Positions 1-6,859 are shown, numbered from the stretch's first letter. The stretch is 12,555 bases of DNA from a virus (IMGVR_UViG_3300006141_000002), one strand, 5' to 3'. Translations and numbers: made by a program. The notes: a model not told the origin generated them from the letters alone.

Positions 1-1
1 C

Positions 2-133
2 AACATCTACTTGAGTGGATTCAAAGGAGTTTTCAACTCAGTTCATTTCGAATTTTTCGAGGATGGCAACCCGCTCGACATATTTAGAGACAGGCGCTTC
101 AACCCGTACATAGGTGGTGGCCGCTGTGGATAG
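2..133 (+). CDS. 3' end of a hypothetical protein (5'-truncated by window edge)
   Basis: Frame open from base 2 (NIYLSGFKGVFNSVHFEFFEDGNPLDIFRDRRFNPYIGGGRCG) to TAG 131-133, overlapping the next GTG start as is typical for coupled phage genes. Confidence 0.45.
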   Translation, partial: NIYLSGFKGVFNSVHFEFFEDGNPLDIFRDRRFNPYIGGGRCG

Positions 134-473
134 CGACAATGAAATCATTGTGACGAAACATGCGGAGCGGCGTATCAGGCAGCGGCTGGGTATCAATAAG
201 AAATCTACTGAAAAGGCGGCGGAGAAGGCTCTCCAGTTCGGAATCGCCCATTCTGAGGCAAAAGGGAAACTCTCCAGACACATGGATGGAATTTTTCTCT
301 TAAACTACAGACCGACGAATATGCGGGTTTACAACCACGCTGTGTATTTGTTCAGGGACACAAAGCTGATTACAGTTTTGCCGCTTCCTAAGAATCTTTG
401 GACTTGCGCTGATAAACTGCAGCGTCAAAAGAAAGAGGTACAAAATGGAGATTTTCAAAGTGAAAGACTATAA
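126..473 (+). CDS. Hypothetical phage protein with N-terminal T-x-HA-x-x-R-x-x-QR motif (DUF4258-like)
   Basis: ORF 114..473; GTG at 126 chosen because GGTGGT SD-like sequence lies upstream; motif VTKHAERRIRQR. Confidence 0.6.
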   Translation: MDSDNEIIVTKHAERRIRQRLGINKKSTEKAAEKALQFGIAHSEAKGKLSRHMDGIFLLNYRPTNMRVYNHAVYLFRDTKLITVLPLPKNLWTCADKLQRQKKEVQNGDFQSERL

Positions 474-738
474 GCGTTTCGCTGACAGTCTTGAGGATAA
501 TACCGGATGTGTGGTCACTATCCGGCTGATAGGGAAGAATCATACTCATTACCAACTGGATAAGCGTGGTCTCTCCCTCGGCGTTCTGTGCGTTGATAAG
601 GGGGAGCTGTCGTTTGCGCCGTTTGTCACGCTTGATAGCGCTCAGAACGACCAATATATCAACGCAAAATATATCCCTCTGTTCGATGATTTTATCGGGC
701 TTTTAGGTGTGCTCCGCGAGATGTTCGTGGAGGATTAA
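445..738 (+). CDS. Hypothetical protein
   Basis: 97-aa ORF, SD GAGG upstream of ATG 445, overlaps previous gene. Confidence 0.65.
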   Translation: MEIFKVKDYKRFADSLEDNTGCVVTIRLIGKNHTHYQLDKRGLSLGVLCVDKGELSFAPFVTLDSAQNDQYINAKYIPLFDDFIGLLGVLREMFVED

Positions 739-758
739 GCAAAGGATGTGATTTTTTA

Positions 759-1109
759 ATGAGATGTACTCTGTGCGATAGGTGTAAGAAGATCGTGGAG
801 AACGAGCGCAAGATTAAGGTCGTAACCTATGCGAGACCTCTGGAGTCAAAACCTGGCGTCAGGTGCCCAGCCCCTGCGAATGACCGGCAAATGAACGACC
901 ATATCTGGACGAAGGAACTGTGTCCGGAATGCGCTCTGGCGTTTGAGAGCTTCATGGATATGGAAGATAACTCTGGAACTGGCGGAGGAACTACCGGCGG
1001 AGATACTCCCGGCGACAACACAGGAGATGTGACCGACGGAGATACCGGTGATGGTGGTAACACTGGCGGCAGTGGCGATACTGGCGGCACAGGCGAAACA
1101 ACTGAATAA
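759..1109 (+). CDS. Small Zn-binding phage protein (CDRC...CPEC) with acidic Gly/Thr/Asp low-complexity C-terminal tail
   Basis: Two CxxC pairs in first 60 aa; tail GTGGGTTGGDTPGDNTGDVTDGDTGDGGNTGGSGDTGGTGETTE. Confidence 0.7.
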   Translation: MRCTLCDRCKKIVENERKIKVVTYARPLESKPGVRCPAPANDRQMNDHIWTKELCPECALAFESFMDMEDNSGTGGGTTGGDTPGDNTGDVTDGDTGDGGNTGGSGDTGGTGETTE

Positions 1110-1123
1110 AATGTCAGTTTGAT
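1106..1123 (+). repeat. Junction motif copy 1 ATAAAA-TGTCAG-TTTGAT
   Basis: Full match to ATRAAA-N6-TTTKRT; includes TAA stop of 759..1109. Confidence 0.75.
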
Positions 1124-1132
1124 GGGTGAAAA

Positions 1133-1561
1133 ATGAATACAGAGCTTATGTTCAGCAGCAAGACGGATCAGTGGTCAACGCCGCAAAATTTCTTTGATTC
1201 GTTGAATGAAGAGTTCTCTTTTACGCTCGACCCATGCGCAGATTCATCAAATCATAAATGTGAAAGATATTTCACCAGAGAAGACGATGGCCTGCGCCAG
1301 CCGTGGGGGGGGGAGACAGTCTTCTGTAATCCACCATATGGCCGGGCAATAAAAGACTGGGTGAAGAAATGCTATGAAGAAGCACAGCAGCCGAATACGA
1401 CTGTTGTGCTTCTTATTCCTGCCAGAACGGATACGGCATATTTTCACGACTACATATACCAGAAAGAAAACGTGGAGACCAGATTTCTTCGTGGCCGCCT
1501 GAAATTTGGGGACGGAAAGAATTCGGCTCCATTCCCGAGTATGGTAGTGATTTTCCGATAA
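1133..1561 (+). CDS. Phage DNA N6-adenine methyltransferase (phage Dam family)
   Basis: SSKTDQWSTPQ N-terminus, FTLDPCA SAM-binding motif, catalytic FCNPPY, LLIPARTDT, FLRGRLKF, APFPS - characteristic of the short phage Dam family. Confidence 0.92.
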   Translation: MNTELMFSSKTDQWSTPQNFFDSLNEEFSFTLDPCADSSNHKCERYFTREDDGLRQPWGGETVFCNPPYGRAIKDWVKKCYEEAQQPNTTVVLLIPARTDTAYFHDYIYQKENVETRFLRGRLKFGDGKNSAPFPSMVVIFR

Positions 1562-1575
1562 CAGAACGATTTGAG
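1558..1575 (+). repeat. Junction motif copy 2 ATAACA-GAACGA-TTTGAG
   Basis: 2 mismatches; includes TAA stop of adenine methylase. Confidence 0.5.
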
Positions 1576-1590
1576 AAGCGGAGGTACGTG

Positions 1591-2088
1591 ATGATTGATG
1601 TTGGTGGAGCGCAATGCTTTGCGTGTGATGAATGTCCTATCGTAGAGCAGCTTGAGCAGCGGCTTTCAATAGCGGCTAAGTATCCGGAATACGGTGGGTT
1701 CCAATTTGATCACTGTGGCTGCGATAAAGTCGATAACGAATTTTGGAACGGCGGTTACTGTGAAGACGCATGGACACCTATGCCGGCACATCACAATGCC
1801 GGGCAAAGGATGACTGGTCGTGCCTACAGACGCAAAATGCACCAGAAAACCATCAAGAAGTACCGCGACAGAGATAATTGGGGCGGATGGCGAAATGCAC
1901 CGTGTATTTGCGGTCGCTGGTCAGATGGAGAATATGTGCCCGGCACTTACATCAGGTATCCTAAAAGTTCCGCAAACAAGGTGTTCTTTAAGCGTGTATC
2001 AAATAAGAAAGTAAGACGCACCATGGAAATTCCTCCCAAAGGGAATATGTACCGCAGAATCTTTGATTACTGGTGGACGATTGATTAA
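1591..2088 (+). CDS. Conserved hypothetical phage protein, Cys-rich N-terminus and basic C-terminus (paralog A of 11497..11988)
   Basis: SD GGAGG at 1580-1584; CFACDEC/DHCGCD/GYCED; C-terminal KRVSNKKVRR...KGN.YRR.FDYWW; about 60% identical to 11497..11988 by manual alignment. Confidence 0.8.
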   Translation: MIDVGGAQCFACDECPIVEQLEQRLSIAAKYPEYGGFQFDHCGCDKVDNEFWNGGYCEDAWTPMPAHHNAGQRMTGRAYRRKMHQKTIKKYRDRDNWGGWRNAPCICGRWSDGEYVPGTYIRYPKSSANKVFFKRVSNKKVRRTMEIPPKGNMYRRIFDYWWTID

Positions 2089-2199
2089 ATCAAATCCACC
2101 TTCAGCCCAATCAATTCGGTGGGCTGAAATTTCAGTGCAACATATGCTCTGAAATTTGAACCCATCGGAACAATGCCAGTAACTGATGGCATACTCTGG

Positions 2200-2217
2200 A
2201 TGAAAGTGTGGTTTTAT
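2200..2217 (+). repeat. Junction motif copy 3 ATGAAA-GTGTGG-TTTTAT
   Basis: Full match; 1 nt before ATG 2219. Confidence 0.72.
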
Positions 2218-2218
2218 C

Positions 2219-2545
2219 ATGGAAATAAAGCTGAAGACTTGTCCGTTCTGTGGAGGGAAAGCGATAATGGAGGCATGGGATATGGTTCCATTCGAAAAGA
2301 TTCATCTCGGTGGTGATGGAAAATGGTACGGAGTATCCTGCAGTGAATGTGAGTGTAGCGGACCGGATAGATTGAGTATAGATGAAGCAGCGCAAGCGTG
2401 GAATAAACGCATGGAGTCAAAAGATGCGATTCAGATTATACAATGCAAGGATTGTAGATTCAGAGAAGGTGCCCCAGGGCAGCCAAACATCATGTGTGGA
2501 AATATGAAAGATGATGATTTTTGCAGCTACGGGGAAAGACGATGA
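2219..2545 (+). CDS. Lar-family restriction alleviation protein fused to a second small Cys domain
   Basis: LKTCPFCGGKA...VSCSECEC...EAAQAWNKR (Lar signature) followed by IQCKDCRF...DDFCSYGERR. Confidence 0.78.
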   Translation: MEIKLKTCPFCGGKAIMEAWDMVPFEKIHLGGDGKWYGVSCSECECSGPDRLSIDEAAQAWNKRMESKDAIQIIQCKDCRFREGAPGQPNIMCGNMKDDDFCSYGERR

Positions 2546-2559
2546 AAGGTAACTGTTAT
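2542..2559 (+). repeat. Junction motif copy 4 ATGAAA-GGTAAC-TGTTAT
   Basis: 1 mismatch; spans TGA stop 2543-2545 and overlaps ATG 2558. Confidence 0.65.
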
Positions 2560-2824
2560 GCGTAAGAAAATTGCTATGCGCTGGAGGAGACAGGCGTTGC
2601 GGCAGGGAGCAGTCATTAAAGAAGAGGGTGCAATTCTAAACAGATCTGATCGGGCCCTTTGTAATATCAGAAAGAAAGACATCGGATTTGGTATTACTGC
2701 TATACATAATGGATGGACGTATCATATTGTAGCGAATGATGCTCTTAATGCGTATAAGTTGTTTGTTCGGTCAATAAGCGGCGAGAACGTTGTTTATGAA
2801 TGCAAAAACGGAGAAGTATTTTAA
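2558..2824 (+). CDS. Hypothetical protein
   Basis: 88-aa ORF filling the gap between neighbours; ATG overlaps junction motif at 2542-2559. Confidence 0.6.
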   Translation: MRKKIAMRWRRQALRQGAVIKEEGAILNRSDRALCNIRKKDIGFGITAIHNGWTYHIVANDALNAYKLFVRSISGENVVYECKNGEVF

Positions 2825-2846
2825 TCATAAAAATGGGGGTTATTTT

Positions 2847-3206
2847 ATGGCAATTATAGAGGAAATGAATGACCTATTGTCACAGGTTCAAGAAAAGTAC
2901 GATCAAGTGTGTATGCAGCGAGATCATCTCCAGAAACGTCTTATGGAGTTTAACGCAGAAGAAGAGATTCAAAAAGCAAAGGAGCGTGTAAACAGCGCAT
3001 ATCGGCATAGTCTCCATGTAATGTCTGACAAGGAGATGGATGCGAGAGACAGGTTTGTTCAAAGGCATTATGAAACGTGTTCCTGCGGCAAAGCTGGAAT
3101 TACTTTTGAGTATGGGCTGACCGGAACTGGAATTGGTACGGCAATATACATTCGCTGTACGAAGTGCGGGGAGCAAGAGGATATAACCGATTTTGACAAC
3201 TGGTAA
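2847..3206 (+). CDS. Hypothetical phage protein, N-terminal coiled coil and C-terminal CxxC Zn ribbon
   Basis: ORF 2790..3206; ATG 2847 after GGGGG SD-like run; EEMNDLLSQVQEKYDQV heptads; RCTKCGEQEDITDFDNW. Confidence 0.68.
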   Translation: MAIIEEMNDLLSQVQEKYDQVCMQRDHLQKRLMEFNAEEEIQKAKERVNSAYRHSLHVMSDKEMDARDRFVQRHYETCSCGKAGITFEYGLTGTGIGTAIYIRCTKCGEQEDITDFDNW

Positions 3207-3247
3207 AAGCGGCTGCCATGGGAATGATGGGAATGATGGATGGTTTT

Positions 3248-3472
3248 ATGGCAGATATAAAATTAAAGCCTTGCCCATTCTGCGGCGGAGAGGCAAAAAT
3301 GAAACATGGATATCCGGGCCAACAGCGTGCAGGAATGCGCCAAGCAGTTGTTCAGTGTAAAAGTTGTGGATGCCGAACAGTAACGTACCGGCAGTTGCCC
3401 TACCAGCCTTGGAAAGAGGTAGATGAGCAGGCAATATTTGTATGGAACCGTCGGATAGTGAGTGAGGGCTGA
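3248..3472 (+). CDS. Lar-family restriction alleviation protein
   Basis: IKLKPCPFCGGEA...VVQCKSCGC...AIFVWNRR; ORF track start 3218, ATG 3248 preferred. Confidence 0.8.
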   Translation: MADIKLKPCPFCGGEAKMKHGYPGQQRAGMRQAVVQCKSCGCRTVTYRQLPYQPWKEVDEQAIFVWNRRIVSEG

Positions 3473-3479
3473 TTTTATA

Positions 3480-4142
3480 GTGAAAGAATTAGACGACATC
3501 GTTTTAATCAATGCTATATCTCGTGAGACAATAAAAGAGAATGAGGTATACACCTTTGCCCTGCGGCTGTGTGACAACGACATTGACCGAGACTTTGAGC
3601 GGTTCGGCGATAGCACTTTAGAGGAGCTGTCCCCCATGTTCGTGGGTAAGGCCGGTATCTTTGACCACCGGTGGTCGGCGAAGGGGCGGGTGGCACACAT
3701 CTATCGAACCGAGGTGGTTGATGATGGTGGTGCCATCACCAGTGATGGACGCCCTCGTCGCTTTCTCAAGGGTTGGGCTTACATGATGAGAACGCCAGAA
3801 AATGCCGCAATCATAGATAAGATTAAAAGAGGCATTAAACGGGAGGTTAGCGTTGGCTGCGCCGTGGAACAGGTGCTGTGTTCTATTTGCGGGAGGCCCA
3901 TAGATGAGTGTCAGCACAAAAAGGGCACTGAGTATAACGGTAAAATGTGCTGTGGATTGTTAGTTGGAGCAAAAGACGCTTATGAATGGGCTTTTGTAAC
4001 AAATCCAACTGTGGCTGATGTGCTAATTCCGGTAGACAGCGAAATGCTCAAATGGCTCGATATGAAGCAGTTTCCAGAGGATTCACAAGAACTCGTTGAT
4101 GCAATCAGGGAAGCTGTGTATCTCGCTTATAAACGAGCATGA
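3480..4142 (+). CDS. HK97-type prohead-protease-like protein (orphan, no scaffold extension)
   Basis: LCDNDIDRDFERF, GIFDH (His), KREVSVGC (Ser), CSICG...CQH Zn insert, DAYEWAFV.NP; resembles (from recall) protease-like genes found beside capsid genes in Oscillospiraceae; GTG 3480 follows GAGGG. Confidence 0.7.
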   Translation: MKELDDIVLINAISRETIKENEVYTFALRLCDNDIDRDFERFGDSTLEELSPMFVGKAGIFDHRWSAKGRVAHIYRTEVVDDGGAITSDGRPRRFLKGWAYMMRTPENAAIIDKIKRGIKREVSVGCAVEQVLCSICGRPIDECQHKKGTEYNGKMCCGLLVGAKDAYEWAFVTNPTVADVLIPVDSEMLKWLDMKQFPEDSQELVDAIREAVYLAYKRA

Positions 4143-4156
4143 AAGGTTAATTTTAT
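4139..4156 (+). repeat. Junction motif copy 5 ATGAAA-GGTTAA-TTTTAT
   Basis: Full match; includes TGA stop of protease-like gene. Confidence 0.75.
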
Positions 4157-4179
4157 TTACATATGAGAGGATGTAAATA

Positions 4180-5334
4180 ATGAGAATCGGAATAATTGAT
4201 GCAGACTTAATCGGGAGGAAGAAACACAGATTTCCAAACCTTGCGTCAATGAAAATAAGCGCATATCACAAAAACGCCGGAGACGCTGTTTTCCTTCTTC
4301 TGAACTATGATACGGTAGGAGAATACGACAAGGTTTATATCTCAAAGGCGTTTACTGACACCATAGTACCAGAAGCTGTTGTTAGCGCAGAGAACGTGAC
4401 GTGTGGAGGGACGGGGTTCTTTTACGAAAATGCCCCTCCCCTTCCGGCAGAGATAGAGCACATCATGCCGGACTATCATCTGTACGATGAGTGGGTAAAC
4501 AGCCAAATCCAGAGCGGCGCAAACAGGACTAATTTCGTCTATTACCTTGACTACTCGATTGGTTTTCTGACAAGGGGCTGCTTCAGACAGTGCGATTTTT
4601 GTGTGAACAAGAACCATACGCAGTGTGTCCAGCATTCCCCTGTTTACGAGTTTATGGATGAGAGCAGGCCAAAGCTATGCCTGCTGGACGATAACTTTTT
4701 TGCCTGTCCTCAATGGAGAGAAATTATAACGGAAGTAAAAAAGACTGGCAAACGGTTTCAATTCAAGCAGGGGCTTGATGAGAGGTTGTTGACTGACGAA
4801 AAGATTGATGACCTTATGGCCTGGAATTATGATGGTGATTATATATTTGCGTTTGATAATATCGCTGATAGAGAAATCATCGAGAGCAAACTAAGGCGGA
4901 TAAAGGAAAAGTATCCAGATACAAAAAAGCACTTCAAATTCTATGTTCTTTGCGGGTTTGATAGAGACGGGAAATGGGATGAGAGGTTTTGGTTAAACGA
5001 CATTCGAGACACGTTTGAGAGAATCAGGATACTTATACGCTACGGAGCAATCCCGTATATCATGCGATATGAGAAGTGCTATTCTTCAGCTTATCATGGT
5101 ATGTATTCTTGCCTTGCCGGATGGTGTAATCAGCCAAGTATCTTCAAAAAGTTTACGTTTCGAGAATACTGTATGTGCAAAGGTATGGGTGATAAGCGAT
5201 ATTCCATTTATAAGCGAGATGTCGCATCATACTTGAATGGCGGATGGCCCAAGGGTTCTTCATGGCGTTACATGGAAGAGTTTGAGCAGGGGAATAACGA
5301 AATTGCTGCTGCTTACTTTGATATGGCGGCATAA
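4180..5334 (+). CDS. Radical SAM domain protein (phage-associated)
   Basis: CxxxCxxC motif TRGCFRQCDFC (4579-4602), LLDDNFF, QGLDERL, FAFD, YVLCGF; N-terminal FPNLASMKISAYHK..GD.V domain; SD GAGAGG. Confidence 0.9.
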   Translation: MRIGIIDADLIGRKKHRFPNLASMKISAYHKNAGDAVFLLLNYDTVGEYDKVYISKAFTDTIVPEAVVSAENVTCGGTGFFYENAPPLPAEIEHIMPDYHLYDEWVNSQIQSGANRTNFVYYLDYSIGFLTRGCFRQCDFCVNKNHTQCVQHSPVYEFMDESRPKLCLLDDNFFACPQWREIITEVKKTGKRFQFKQGLDERLLTDEKIDDLMAWNYDGDYIFAFDNIADREIIESKLRRIKEKYPDTKKHFKFYVLCGFDRDGKWDERFWLNDIRDTFERIRILIRYGAIPYIMRYEKCYSSAYHGMYSCLAGWCNQPSIFKKFTFREYCMCKGMGDKRYSIYKRDVASYLNGGWPKGSSWRYMEEFEQGNNEIAAAYFDMAA

Positions 5335-5340
5335 ATTACG

Positions 5341-5358
5341 GTAAAAGAATAATTTGGT
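5341..5358 (+). repeat. Junction motif copy 6 GTAAAA-GAATAA-TTTGGT
   Basis: 1 mismatch (first base); between radical SAM and MazG-like genes; followed by GGTGAA SD. Confidence 0.7.
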
Positions 5359-5369
5359 GGTGAAAATTG

Positions 5370-5672
5370 ATGACAAAAAGCGAAAATTTGCTTGTAACAC
5401 TGACAGAAGAGTGTGCCGAAGTACAACAGGCAGTTTCCAAGGTGCTACGTTTTGGACGGAGCAACTACAATCCAGCAACGCCACAAGTGACCAATGAACT
5501 GGAAGTTTTAACTGAGTATTATCAGCTTATTGCAGTAATGGAGATGCTGATAGACAGCGGTGTACTTAAACAACTCGGTGACTATGAAATCGAAAAAATC
5601 AAGTCATCCAAGAAGTATAAGGTTGAACTTCACCAATCCATATCACAGGATTGTGGCTGTATAAAAGATTAG
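5370..5672 (+). CDS. MazG-like nucleotide pyrophosphohydrolase
   Basis: LTEECAEVQQAVSKVLRFG first helix motif of the all-alpha NTP-PPase superfamily; second acidic motif degenerate (TEYYQL). Confidence 0.62.
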   Translation: MTKSENLLVTLTEECAEVQQAVSKVLRFGRSNYNPATPQVTNELEVLTEYYQLIAVMEMLIDSGVLKQLGDYEIEKIKSSKKYKVELHQSISQDCGCIKD

Positions 5673-5678
5673 TTTGAT
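5661..5678 (+). repeat. Junction motif copy 7 ATAAAA-GATTAG-TTTGAT
   Basis: Full match; contains the stop codons of both convergent genes. Confidence 0.75.
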
Positions 5679-6331
5679 GAGTTAGTCAATGCAAAGAAAA
5701 AGAAAGAGAATAGAAAATTAGAAATACAGTTTGAAATAATGATTTTTTTGATTGGGAGCTGTTCCCCTAATAGAAAGACAAATCCGCTAACAACAAAAGA
5801 GAACCAGGCTGGCAAATACGAAAGTGCTGCTGCACAATTTAGGATGCACGATATTGTATTTGGAAACGTGCCAACAAAAAATGGCGTTCCAGGATTTTGG
5901 ATGCAGGTATACCATAAGGTCCATACAATAATGAATGCAAGATTGCATATAAATCCGGTTACAAAAGTGAAAAGAAATCTTCGATTGTGAAGCCTTTCTG
6001 AAAAAATCTGAGCCCCAAACATAAAAATAGAAGATGCAATAAAAAGCTGCATGAAAAAATTTGTAAGATTTGGCGGCAATCCAAAAAGATTATTAGCTGT
6101 AAGTATGAATTTTGATATTTTTTCAAAAAGCATTTCAATGATATCTGTAAAAAATATGTAAAAAGCAACAAAACACAATAGTGAACAAACACTTATTAAA
6201 AGAATAATTGGCACTCTATAAGAAATTTGTGGATTCTTAATCTTCTCAGTGATAATAGACACAAGTGGCGGTATAAAAATTCCTAAGATAGCAAGCATAG
6301 CCATAAAAAAGTCTTTGTATTCTTCAAGCAT
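5669..6331 (-). CDS. Polytopic membrane protein (about 5-6 TM helices), moron-like
   Basis: Only convincing minus-strand gene; ATG 6331 with SD GGTGAG; hydrophobic Phe/Ile-rich segments; very AT-rich (25% GC in 5701-5760, 22% in 6121-6180 by count); own promoter. Confidence 0.78.
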   Translation of the reverse strand: MLEEYKDFFMAMLAILGIFIPPLVSIITEKIKNPQISYRVPIILLISVCSLLCFVAFYIFFTDIIEMLFEKISKFILTANNLFGLPPNLTNFFMQLFIASSIFMFGAQIFSERLHNRRFLFTFVTGFICNLAFIIVWTLWYTCIQNPGTPFFVGTFPNTISCILNCAAALSYLPAWFSFVVSGFVFLLGEQLPIKKIIISNCISNFLFSFFFFALTNSSN

Positions 6332-6381
6332 TGTTATCTCACCCGGCTATCGTGAATTGGTATTGGAAATTTACAAAACAC

Positions 6382-6410
6382 ATTATATCATGAAAAAATA
6401 AAAATGTCAT
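6382..6410 (-). promoter_or_regulatory. SigA/sigma70-type promoter for the minus-strand membrane protein gene
   Basis: Minus strand: -35 ATGACA (6410-6405), 17-nt spacer, extended -10 TGA-TATAAT (TATAAT 6387-6382). Confidence 0.75.
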
Positions 6411-6428
6411 ATAAAATAAAGTTTTTAC
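6411..6428 (+). repeat. Junction motif copy 8 ATAAAA-TAAAGT-TTTTAC
   Basis: 1 mismatch; directly abuts the -35 box of the minus-strand promoter. Confidence 0.62.
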
Positions 6429-6435
6429 GGAGTTG

Positions 6436-6822
6436 ATGGCAGGTATGCTCAGTTTTGAATCTTATAAGAATTTTAGAAACTATCTTGACAACACAACAGA
6501 AACCACTGTGCTACCAGTAGGGCAATCTGCAAAAGTGTTTTGTGGAAATTGTGAGGTAATTTATAAGACAGATGACAGAGGAATTATGAGTATTGCTCGT
6601 TGTATCCCAGCTCATGGTTTTTACCTCTTTGAAATCTGCGCTACTTATGCAAAAACAATTCCACCATGTACTTACTACAGGCTGGGTAAAACAATGAATG
6701 AGGCCAAGCGGGATTTCAAAGCTGTAATGGGTGACTGGATGAAGATTATAGTTGCCAGGTTAATTCCGCCAGGCGAAGAGGCAGAATCAATACTAACCAA
6801 TCCAATACGGGTTCCATTATGA
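6436..6822 (+). CDS. Hypothetical protein
   Basis: 128-aa ORF, SD GGAG at 6429-6432 right after junction motif. Confidence 0.65.
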   Translation: MAGMLSFESYKNFRNYLDNTTETTVLPVGQSAKVFCGNCEVIYKTDDRGIMSIARCIPAHGFYLFEICATYAKTIPPCTYYRLGKTMNEAKRDFKAVMGDWMKIIVARLIPPGEEAESILTNPIRVPL

Positions 6823-6832
6823 AGCAGTGTAT

Positions 6833-6850
6833 AGCAAATAGAATTTTGGT
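6833..6850 (+). repeat. Junction motif copy 9 AGCAAA-TAGAAT-TTTGGT
   Basis: 2 mismatches in left arm; followed by GGTGAA SD as in copies 6 and 10. Confidence 0.55.
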
Positions 6851-6859
6851 GGTGAAGTG

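Noticed and set aside
3218-3243. 9-bp tandem repeat ATGGGAATG x2 giving MGMMGMMDG
   Set aside because: Only two units, probably upstream of the real start at 3248; no evidence of phase variation
5732-6320. Extra one-mismatch motif hits at 5732-5748 and 6304-6320
   Set aside because: Inside the very AT-rich membrane gene, where near-matches are expected by chance; they show that degenerate copies need statistical testing
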